Part shown: positions 56,842-64,000 of the stretch, in pieces | Layout of the letters: every line of letters begins with the position of its first letter | How positions within the stretch are numbered: position 1 is the stretch's first letter | Source: a candidate division WOR-3 bacterium | GTDB taxonomy: Bacteria > Hydrothermota > UBA3072 | NCBI GenBank assembly: GCA_023131835.1 | Contig: JAGLZA010000102.1 | Location: forward strand, 616-64,615 | Reading direction: 5' to 3' | Length of the DNA: 64,000 bases | Made by a program: the position numbers and the translations under genes | Notes under the pieces: generated by a model | The model's input: the letters and a program-made list of their open reading frames with translations, nothing else | Told to the model about the DNA's origin: nothing | The model's database searches: none

Positions 56842-58311
56842 TTACTCTCCTTTTTTGAAGTTTACGAGGGTATCTATAATTTTTCCTTCTTTATTCCGCA
56901 GATTTATTTGCAGAGGGACCTTCCCCAATTGATGTGAGGCACAAGCCATACAGGGGTCAAATGCTCTGAAGAACATTTCAACCATATTGAAAATCCCATC
57001 ATCATACTTTCCCTTGTGTATAAATGCGGATGCTGCCTGTCGAATAGCCATATTTATCACTCCGTTGTTATTGGTAGTAGCAACGATAAGATTAAGATCT
57101 TCGATTAAATCATTCTCACCAACGGTATAATCGTGTATCAGTGTCCCTCGGGCAGCCTCTACGATTCCAACCCCCCTTCCGGGATTTTCTGTTATCGGAT
57201 TCCTCAGGGTATTTCCTGTGATTCCTTCCTTTTTTACTAATTCCAGTGCACGTTCAGAAGCGTAAATAAGTTCAATAAGCCTTGCCCAGTGATAGGCAAG
57301 GGTCTGATTTATCGGTTTTCCATGGTAGAAATCTATTATTTCCTCATATTCTTTTTGTGCCAGAGGGGTGGCAATTCCCTCTGCTGCATTTATCCTTCCA
57401 AGAGGCCCCACCCTGTACAATCCTGATTTGCTTCCGTCTTTCAAACCCTGATAGCCAACATTCTTCAGGTAGGGAACCTTGACATAGCTCCAGGGAAGAA
57501 CCTTCTCAGAGATATATTCTCTATAATCTTCCTGCTCAAACTTTATAAACTCTGAACCATCTGGTGCTGTAACCCTGACCTTGCCCTTATAGAAGTTCAG
57601 TTTATTATCTTCATCTACAAGCCCCATATTATAGGTGGAGAGTGCAAGACGCTTTGAACTTATAAGTCTTTTATAGCCTTCATTGGATAGAGCAATATTC
57701 TTGAATAACTCGATAGTCCCTTTTGAGAAATCCAGACATGACAATGCCATTTTCTCTATCTCGTTTCTCTCTTCGTCATTTAATCCCTTACTGATTCCTC
57801 CCGGCATTCCACACACCGGATGAGTGGCTTTCCCTCCAAGTATCTCTGTTATCTTCTGTCCATAGGCTCGGTGTTTTATAACCTTATTTACTGTATCCAA
57901 ACCGACCTTTTCTAAAACACCAAGAATATTCCTCTTTTCCGCAGCAGCCCTTGGACCTACAATAAAATCAGGAGAGGCCAGAAAATAAAAATGTAGTATG
58001 TGGTCATAAATAATATAACCCATATATAAGAGCTCACGGAGATCCTCTGCAAGAGGAGTTGGTTTTACCCCAAATGCAGAATCCAGAGCTTTTGTGGAAG
58101 CCACATGATGGGCAACAGGACAAACTCCGCAGATGCGGCTGGTTAGCTGAGGCATCAATTCTGCTCTTCTTCCCCTACAGAAGGTCTCAAAACCCCTGAT
58201 CTCCGGGACCTGTAGATATGCCTCTTCTACATCCCCCTTATCATCAAGGAATATTTCAATCTTCCCATGCCCTTCAAGACGGGTTATTGGGTCAATTGTC
58301 AATCTCTCCAC
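56842..58311 (-). CDS. mvhA: [NiFe] hydrogenase large subunit, Mvh (F420-non-reducing) type
   Basis: N-terminal RICGVCPVAHH and C-terminal DPCMACASHQ NiFe-ligand motifs. Confidence 0.85.
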   Translation of the reverse strand: MERLTIDPITRLEGHGKIEIFLDDKGDVEEAYLQVPEIRGFETFCRGRRAELMPQLTSRICGVCPVAHHVASTKALDSAFGVKPTPLAEDLRELLYMGYIIYDHILHFYFLASPDFIVGPRAAAEKRNILGVLEKVGLDTVNKVIKHRAYGQKITEILGGKATHPVCGMPGGISKGLNDEERNEIEKMALSCLDFSKGTIELFKNIALSNEGYKRLISSKRLALSTYNMGLVDEDNKLNFYKGKVRVTAPDGSEFIKFEQEDYREYISEKVLPWSYVKVPYLKNVGYQGLKDGSKSGLYRVGPLGRINAAEGIATPLAQKEYEEIIDFYHGKPINQTLAYHWARLIELIYASERALELVKKEGITGNTLRNPITENPGRGVGIVEAARGTLIHDYTVGENDLIEDLNLIVATTNNNGVINMAIRQAASAFIHKGKYDDGIFNMVEMFFRAFDPCMACASHQLGKVPLQINLRNKEGKIIDTLVNFKKGE

Positions 58312-59270
58312 TTCTTACCTCCCACTATAGAACTTGCAAGATTATACATATAGAAAGTCCCGACAGGATCGTCTATCTTATCTACCAGCTCTTTTATCTT
58401 TTCAATGTCGTTATCTATTTCTTCTCCGCCAAGTATAGAACCTATTGCTGATATAAAGCGCGCTCCCTGATCAGTAACCTTAGAGGTCGGCCCCATACAG
58501 CCGGTGCAGGGGAAATTTGCATTGATACATCTGGTAGAACAACCACTCCTTGTAACCGGTCCCATGCAGAGAACTCCCTGGAGAAGAAAACAATCACCAT
58601 TATCCTCCTTCAATCGGTGGGGGCGAATAATATCAGGCAATATCTTTTCTTCCTTAGGATTTCTGTCGCAATCTTCACAGACAGATATATCTGGAGCAAG
58701 GTTTGCACCAAAGGGTATTTTCTTTCCGGCTGCCACCATATCTATAAAGCTGGCTATGAGTTCGGGTGGGGGAGGGCATCCCGGGACAAAAGCATCCACT
58801 GTAACCACCTGCTCTAATGTAGATACTCGTGGTTCCAATTCCGGAAGGGTAAGTTTTCTATCACCATATACCAACTCTGGCATTATCCCTTCAGGATTAT
58901 CGGTGGTTACAGTCCTTTTGAATGCATTCTCTAATACCTCTTCCCTCTTAGAGAGGTTGGCCAATCCAGGAATGCATCCATCAACCGCACAGGAACCAAA
59001 GGCGATCAGGAGTTTTGATTTCTCACGTAGAAGTTCTGCCATCTCCCTGTTTTCTTCAGATCTAATGGCTCCATTAAAGAGCGTGATATCGATGCTTCCA
59101 TCACCCATTGCCCTTACATCCTTATACTTGGTATCTATGGCTACGGGCCAGAGAACGATATTCGCCACCTCTACAAGTTCTAAAATCTTTTCATTGGTAT
59201 CCAGAACGGCAACCTCACATCCTCCGCAAGAAGCAGCCCAATAAAGTGCTATATTCAATTTTTTAGACAT
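58299..59270 (-). CDS. mvhG: [NiFe] hydrogenase small subunit, Mvh type
   Basis: ATG at 59270 with an AAGGGAGAAG SD; MSKKLNIALYWAASCGGCEVAVLD and further FeS Cys clusters. The ORF-track upstream TTG start is rejected. Confidence 0.8.
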   Translation of the reverse strand: MSKKLNIALYWAASCGGCEVAVLDTNEKILELVEVANIVLWPVAIDTKYKDVRAMGDGSIDITLFNGAIRSEENREMAELLREKSKLLIAFGSCAVDGCIPGLANLSKREEVLENAFKRTVTTDNPEGIMPELVYGDRKLTLPELEPRVSTLEQVVTVDAFVPGCPPPPELIASFIDMVAAGKKIPFGANLAPDISVCEDCDRNPKEEKILPDIIRPHRLKEDNGDCFLLQGVLCMGPVTRSGCSTRCINANFPCTGCMGPTSKVTDQGARFISAIGSILGGEEIDNDIEKIKELVDKIDDPVGTFYMYNLASSIVGGKKWRD

Positions 59271-59339
59271 AACTTCTCCCTTTATTTTTCCCTTTAACAC
59301 TGAATAGTGTCCTTGTCTCAATCATTGCCTCAATATAGT

Positions 59340-60060
59340 AGAAGCAATCGTAATGTCAAGATTATTTCTCACTAAATCCCCCTTTTTTTAACCGCAGATA
59401 AACGCAAAGGACACAGAGGAAAAGTAGTTAAATAGTTGAATGGTTGAATAGTTAAATTGGAACTCCCATCACTACCCACCTTTTTTAACCGCGGATGAAC
59501 GCAGATAAACGCAGATGAACACAGAAGAGAGTTTAATTAATTCTAATTTTCTAAACCCGAAATCCTAAACCCGAAATCCTAAACCCTAAATCCTAAAATA
59601 CTCTTGAACCCTTATCACATATCACATATAACCCTACGAACTCCACGAACCCTATGAACTCCACAAACTCAATAAACCCCATTTTTAGCCACGGTTTCTT
59701 CACGGTTTTTGTAGGAGCGACTTCCCTATCGCGACCTTCCTGAAGTAGGGGCAATTCATGAATTGCCTCTACAAGTCTCGCGCAAGGGGAAAACGCAAAA
59801 GTAGGGGCGTTCGATTGAACGCCCCTACCAAATTCCCTTTTTCTCTTTCATCCTCTGGAAACATAAAAAATAAAGGGAAGTGGTGGGACTCTGCGTCCTC
59901 TTTCGTTCTCTGCGGTTAAAAATGGGGGGTGATGGTGGGTTCTTCCTCTCGAATTACAAATTAAAGGGGAGCGGTTGGGTTCTTTAGTTCTCTGTGCCCT
60001 CTGTGGTTAAAAAATTGGGGAGGTAGGGAGAAAAAGTTCCAGGGTTGTAAATATCGCAGG
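59340..60060. repeat. Composite intergenic repeat (locus E) upstream of the mvh-hdr operon
   Basis: 59420-59560 is an inverted copy of 11395-11530. (CCTAAAYCCGAAAT)n C-rich heptads at 59548-59600. 59710-59830 is near-identical to 21330-21440. Two CTCTG[CT]GGTTAAAAA copies at 59900-60030. Confidence 0.85.
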
Positions 60061-60090
60061 AGTTATTATATTAGAAAAGGTAATAATAAA

Positions 60091-60606
60091 ATGCGAAAGG
60101 ATGAAGGTATATTCTATTTAGATATAATAAGAGCATTTAATCATGAAGGGGTTAAGTATCTTGTAGTAGGGGGAGTCGCTGTAAATCTCTACGGTATCCC
60201 AAGGATGACCGTAGACCTTGATATTGCCGCAGACCTTTCTATAGAGAACCTGAAAAAAATCTTAAAAGTTATGAAAAAAAGAAGACTAAAACCCCATATA
60301 CCTGTTTCCCCTGAAGACCTGCTTGATTCTGAAAAGAGAAAAGAATGGATAGAAAAAAGAAATATGTTTGTTTTTTCCTTTGAAAATCCGGATAGACCAT
60401 TTGAAATCCTTGACATAATATTAGAGTATCCGATACCCTTTGAAAAGATGTATGCAAGGAAAGTAATCCTTGAGGCAGAAGGAATAGAAATACCGTTAAT
60501 ATCAAGGGATGATCTAATTGAGATGAAGAAAAATTCCGGTAGAAAACAGGACCTATCAGATGTAGAGATTCTAAAAAGGATTGCTAAAATTGAAAAAGGG
60601 ATTTGA
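60091..60606 (+). CDS. Minimal nucleotidyltransferase-fold protein (hypothetical)
   Basis: 171 aa; LVVGGVAVNLYGIPRMTVDLDIAAD fits the GG/GS...D.D pattern of NTase-fold proteins. Confidence 0.4.
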   Translation: MRKDEGIFYLDIIRAFNHEGVKYLVVGGVAVNLYGIPRMTVDLDIAADLSIENLKKILKVMKKRRLKPHIPVSPEDLLDSEKRKEWIEKRNMFVFSFENPDRPFEILDIILEYPIPFEKMYARKVILEAEGIEIPLISRDDLIEMKKNSGRKQDLSDVEILKRIAKIEKGI

Positions 60607-60760
60607 GTACGACATCGAGGACAGAATCTTAAAGATGTATATATCACTTACCCCCATCCAGAAGCTCGAATGGCTGGAATCAGTTCGTAGATTTATATCG
60701 TCCACCTTACCTGAAAAAACCCGAAAAATCCTTTTCAAGGTAAAGAAAGGGGAAATATAA
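60590..60760 (+). CDS. Small ORF (56 aa, TTG start) overlapping the NTase gene's stop
   Basis: (M)KKGFEYDIEDRILKMYISLTPIQKLEWLESVRRFISSTLPEKTRKILFKVKKGEI; coupled geometry, but no recognisable domain. Confidence 0.25.
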   Translation: MKKGFEYDIEDRILKMYISLTPIQKLEWLESVRRFISSTLPEKTRKILFKVKKGEI

Positions 60761-60815
60761 AGAACAACATTAAACCATATTTTTGGCGTGAGAACTCCCT
60801 CCTCCATGTCCTGAC

Positions 60816-61460
60816 CTACATCTGTATCCAAAAGAAAATAAGCTGAAGTCCAAACAGGATAAGAATTATTCCACAAACTACTCGAAAAACCCTTAACCAT
60901 TTAGCCGACCTGAATAATTTCCCGGGGATGATACCCATCACGGTTCCCAATACCACAGGAGCAATTGCTGTGCCTATTGCAAATAAAGCAGCATACAATA
61001 CACCAACTAAAATACTGTTTTCCGCCACACAGGCAATATATGTGAGGATTGCCACATACGGAACACAGGGGGCAATCCCCATCAAGAATCCAAATAAGAA
61101 CATGCTTTTATCGCCCTTATCTAATATACTCTTCCCAATATGTACCTTAAATCCTTTATCTAAGATGATAAGAATACCCATTATTATCATAAAAAATGCC
61201 ACAATCAGATAGAGCCAACCGGATTTCTGAGGTGGGAAAAAGCGATTAATAAAACTAAAAATTACAGTTGCAAGTCCACCTAAAATGGCAAGCGCCAAAA
61301 GCCTACCCATTGAAAACACTAACCCAACTTTTAAGCCATCCTGCCAATTTCTCTTGGTGGCCCCAATGTAAGGCAAAAGTAATGGAGCAGTATATGCAAG
61401 GCAGGGGCCCCAACCCATTGTAAAACCAGCCATTAATAATTTTAAGGAATCAGAAAGCAT
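60816..61460 (-). CDS. DsbD_2/CcdA-like or HupE/UreJ-like 6-TM membrane protein with two intramembrane Cys
   Basis: GWGPCLAY and GIAPCVPY motifs in transmembrane helices. Confidence 0.4.
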   Translation of the reverse strand: MLSDSLKLLMAGFTMGWGPCLAYTAPLLLPYIGATKRNWQDGLKVGLVFSMGRLLALAILGGLATVIFSFINRFFPPQKSGWLYLIVAFFMIIMGILIILDKGFKVHIGKSILDKGDKSMFLFGFLMGIAPCVPYVAILTYIACVAENSILVGVLYAALFAIGTAIAPVVLGTVMGIIPGKLFRSAKWLRVFRVVCGIILILFGLQLIFFWIQM

Positions 61461-62256
61461 CCTTTATTCTTATTTTCTTTCCTGCACCCGAAAGAATAAA
61501 GTTTTTTCCATAGGCTTTCTTAAACAGTTTTCTGGCAAGATCACCTGAGCAATGAGAAGGAGCTACTTTTTCGACCTTCTCTTTTTTAACTCCGTTAATG
61601 ATTCCTTTAACCTGCCAGGCATTCATCCAGCATAGATGAAAACCACCCAATACTAAATAAACCCCTTTGGGGTGAACATCTTTTCCTAACATCTCTTTCG
61701 CCTTCTTAATAATATTTACAACCCCTGGATGAGCACAACCTGTAATTATTATTAGCCCTTTATCTGTCTTTATTATAAGAGACTGCTCTTTTATAAAAGT
61801 CCCCAATTCCCCTGTAGAATAGGCATTCTTACATATTCCTATCGAACTATGAACCTCAATTAGTTTTGCATCTACCTTTTTAACCTTGTTTTTGATACTC
61901 TGCGGAAAAGACCCTGGCAGATAAACGCATGCACCAGGATTTTCCTTCAAAAAAGCAGATAGACCACCAATATGGTCATGATGAATATGGGATAGGACTA
62001 TTATATCTATTGCCTTCGGGTCAATCCCTAACTTCTCCATATTATTAAGAAGTATATCCCCTTCACCACCAACATCAAAAAGAATGGTCTTCTCAAGACC
62101 TTCTACCAAACAGGAAAAACCCCATCTTGTCTCTAATTCCTCATCATAGGTATTATTATCGTAAACTATGGTAAGCGTCAAATCCTTTGCCTTTGCTAAG
62201 GGTGCAAATAATATGACCAACATTAACAATAGAAACATTCTGTTTAGTTTATTCAT
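61450..62256 (-). CDS. Secreted metallo-beta-lactamase-fold hydrolase
   Basis: Signal peptide MNKLNRMFLLLMLVILFAPLAKA; HIHHDHIGG zinc-binding motif. Confidence 0.7.
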   Translation of the reverse strand: MNKLNRMFLLLMLVILFAPLAKAKDLTLTIVYDNNTYDEELETRWGFSCLVEGLEKTILFDVGGEGDILLNNMEKLGIDPKAIDIIVLSHIHHDHIGGLSAFLKENPGACVYLPGSFPQSIKNKVKKVDAKLIEVHSSIGICKNAYSTGELGTFIKEQSLIIKTDKGLIIITGCAHPGVVNIIKKAKEMLGKDVHPKGVYLVLGGFHLCWMNAWQVKGIINGVKKEKVEKVAPSHCSGDLARKLFKKAYGKNFILSGAGKKIRIKDAF

Positions 62257-62309
62257 TTAATTGAAGGCAGCATATCCTGCAAAATATAGTTCCTTCGTAT
62301 CCTTCACCT

Positions 62310-63062
62310 TCACCCCCCAGATTTCCTTGCTACCAGGAATAACCGCAAAGACCCGAATTCAAATGGCTCCTCTTTCAATGATCCAAATGCCTCGAAATGC
62401 TCAAACCCATTTTGATTTAACTGATTTACAACTTCTCTGTAGGTGTAGATTCTAATGCTACTGTGATAAGTCTCCTGCTCTTTTTGTCGGATAAAGGTCC
62501 AATCCACCTCTAACCGCCCAGTTGTATGGTCAAAACATCTATCTTCTAATACAATAACATCGCCTATCGTGCTCCACCCCTTTGATTGGTATTTTGGAAA
62601 CAGTGTCTCAACAACAGGGATATCTAAAAGAAAACTCCCACCATTCTTTAATGAGCAACTCACAACCTTAATGAATTCTAAGTCTCCCACTCCATCGAAG
62701 TAGCCGAAACTCCCCCACATACAGAAAGCAGCATCGAATTTATCCTCCCATGGGACTTTACGCATATCTCCCTGATGCCAGGCAATATCGAGGCCTCTTT
62801 TATCAGCCTTTTCTCTTGCATCTTCAAGAAAAACCTCATTTATATCAATGCCACTCATTCTATATCCACGAGAAGCCAATTCAACGGTTAAACGACCTTC
62901 CCCACAGGGCACATCAAGTATCTCGGCAGGAGGCTGAATCTTTAGTACGCTTTCGATAAAATCCGCTTCCTTCTGAGTTTGTTCGGGACTTCTACAAAGG
63001 GGTTGAACTTGCTGCCATGTCCCTTTAAAAAACTTCTTCCACCATTCAGAATCAAAACCCAT
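62310..63062 (-). CDS. Class I SAM-dependent methyltransferase
   Basis: ILDVPCGEGRLTVELASRGYRMSGIDIN (motif I) and DAAFCMWGSFGYF. Confidence 0.7.
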   Translation of the reverse strand: MGFDSEWWKKFFKGTWQQVQPLCRSPEQTQKEADFIESVLKIQPPAEILDVPCGEGRLTVELASRGYRMSGIDINEVFLEDAREKADKRGLDIAWHQGDMRKVPWEDKFDAAFCMWGSFGYFDGVGDLEFIKVVSCSLKNGGSFLLDIPVVETLFPKYQSKGWSTIGDVIVLEDRCFDHTTGRLEVDWTFIRQKEQETYHSSIRIYTYREVVNQLNQNGFEHFEAFGSLKEEPFEFGSLRLFLVARKSGG

Positions 63063-63189
63063 AGATTTACTCTCCTCTAAGTCTCATTCCATATAACAAC
63101 CGACGCCGCAAAGATTCCTGCGTATAATATTCCACTTAATAATTATAAAGGTAAAACCAATAAATTCAAGTGGGAAAAATCACTGGAGA

Positions 63190-63345
63190 TGTAGGGAAAC
63201 CACATGTCTTTTCCGTCTGTAGGGGCAAGATATATCTTGCCCTCTTGTGGGAGTAGGCTTCTGCCTACGATTTTCAGAGGTAGGGGCGTGATTTATCACG
63301 CCCTCCGTTCCTAACGCAATGTAGGAGCGGTTTCCTTGCCCCGCC
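63190..63345. repeat. REP-like hairpin array (locus F), five GTAGG-anchored palindromes
   Basis: TGTAGGGGCAAGATATATCTTGCCC, GGTAGGGGCGTGATTTATCACGCCC (identical to 11281-11305) and TGTAGGAGCGGTTTCC. Confidence 0.75.
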
Positions 63346-63533
63346 TTCTTATCAGAACAACCGCAAGGGTTGCCACTACTTAAAAATGATAAACTCCGAA
63401 TCTCCACTCCTTGACTTTTGGATTTCTTACAGTATGATTATATTAAATAAAGAAGGAAAATGCAAGGGTTTACATATAGCCTGATGTTAGGCATGAATGT
63501 ACATAATTCAATTAAAAAGAGGAGGTAAAAGAG

Positions 63534-63773
63534 ATGGGAGAAAAAGATTTGAAGAAAAATCTTGATTTCGTTACTAAAAAGAGAAAAACTTTACTCAGAG
63601 AGCATAGGAACAAATTCCTTCTTGTATTTAATGAAAAATTAGTGGATTCTTATGATACTTATGAACGGGCAGCCGAGGAAGGTGTGCGTTTATATGGTTT
63701 GGATGCAAACTTTCTTGTTTATCATTTAGTCGAAAAAGAACCCTTAAACTTCATTATGGAAGCCGCACTGTGA
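63534..63773 (+). CDS. Small hypothetical protein (79 aa), probable partner of the downstream retropepsin-like gene
   Basis: GGAGG SD; charged helical protein immediately upstream of the protease gene. Confidence 0.4.
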   Translation: MGEKDLKKNLDFVTKKRKTLLREHRNKFLLVFNEKLVDSYDTYERAAEEGVRLYGLDANFLVYHLVEKEPLNFIMEAAL

Positions 63774-64000
63774 TAAACACATTCAGGTATGGGGGTCAAG
63801 GTAAAGTTGAAAAGAACGGTAAAAAATCAATTGTTCAGATTCCACCGCCAGTTATTTTAAATCAAATGGGTGCTTTTATCAAGGTTACCATTACTCACCC
63901 TCAGATCATCCAGGAAAAATTTAAACAGCAAGGAAAAAGTGCTCCATCAGTCAGCGTAAATGCCTTAATTGATACCGGAGCAAGTGGCACTGTAATAACA
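63770..64000 (+). CDS. Retropepsin-like (clan AA) aspartic peptidase; the 5' part runs off the window end
   Basis: ...SVSVNALIDTGASGTVIT contains the D-T-G-A catalytic motif. GTG 63770 or ATG 63887 are the possible starts. Confidence 0.5.
   Translation, partial: MINTFRYGGQGKVEKNGKKSIVQIPPPVILNQMGAFIKVTITHPQIIQEKFKQQGKSAPSVSVNALIDTGASGTVIT

Noticed and set aside
58504-59244. 246-aa ORF on the plus strand
   Set aside because: It is antisense to mvhG and Ser/Ala-rich with low complexity. mvhG has clear FeS motifs and an SD, so this is an antisense shadow ORF. The same reasoning applies to 47717..48148 (antisense to hdrA), 36508..36945 (antisense to nuoB), 9625..9999 (inside yfhO) and 8354..8815 (antisense to deoC).
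59548-59600. CRISPR-like or telomere-like tandem array
   Set aside because: The units (CCTAAAYCCGAAAT) are degenerate heptad/14-mer repeats without spacers of unique sequence and with no cas genes. They are treated as a G4/C-rich repeat module, not a CRISPR.

Overview
This 64-kb window looks like a low-GC bacterial chromosome, probably from an anaerobic, uncultivated FCB-type lineage given the T9SS C-terminal sorting domains, Hdr/Mvh genes and use of Shine-Dalgarno sites. Long co-directional operons are separated by dense, multi-copy intergenic repeat blocks. In order, the contents are as follows. (1) 1..1139: the 3' part of a fused MEMO-AMMECR1 (AmmeMemoRadiSam B-A-like) gene. (2) 1158..1332: two adjacent tRNA-Ser genes. 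(3) 1380..2110: an 830-bp repeat-rich non-coding block. (4) 2181..11173: a tightly packed 10-gene plus-strand housekeeping operon (xseB-ispA-PAP2/DUF212-dxs-lpxC-fabZ-lpxA-thi4-deoC-yfhO). (5) 11820..32383: two paralogous ~1385-aa sigma54 enhancer-binding proteins with an unusual N-terminal STAND-like AAA+/TPR/GAF extension, convergently flanking an island of three large T9SS-sorted secreted proteins plus a cobalamin-riboswitch-controlled BtuM-like/BtuB transporter pair. Two strong sigma54 promoters sit directly upstream of the cargo genes adjacent to each EBP. (6) 32700..32944: a Rex-repressor pseudogene. (7) 32957..49719: a 17-kb, 18-gene minus-strand string. It encodes an Mrp-antiporter/complex-I-like (Ehr/Mbx-type) membrane module whose NuoD-like subunit lacks NiFe ligands and whose NuoI-like subunit is fused to a GltD/SudA-like NAD(P)H flavoprotein. 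It continues into HdrA (with a degenerate fused MvhD domain)-HdrC-HdrB and an SdhAB/FrdAB-like flavoprotein/iron-sulfur pair. (8) 50820..59321: after an IS-transposase remnant at 50006..50368, a second, paralogous set MvhG-MvhA-HdrC-HdrB-HdrA-MvhD plus another SdhB/SdhA-like pair. (9) 60091..64000: an NTase-fold gene, a CcdA/DsbD_2-like membrane protein, a secreted MBL-fold hydrolase, a SAM methyltransferase and a DUF/retropepsin-like pair. The most interesting candidates for undescribed biology are the duplicated Hdr-Mvh modules coupled to fumarate-reductase-like subunits, the NiFe-less Mrp/Ehr complex with a NuoI-GltD input subunit, the STAND-sigma54 activator/T9SS cargo pairs, and the REP-like 'GTAGG' hairpin arrays with G-quadruplex-prone, telomere-like modules that punctuate every operon boundary. 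All calls rest on reading the sequence and the ORF translations; no database search was possible.
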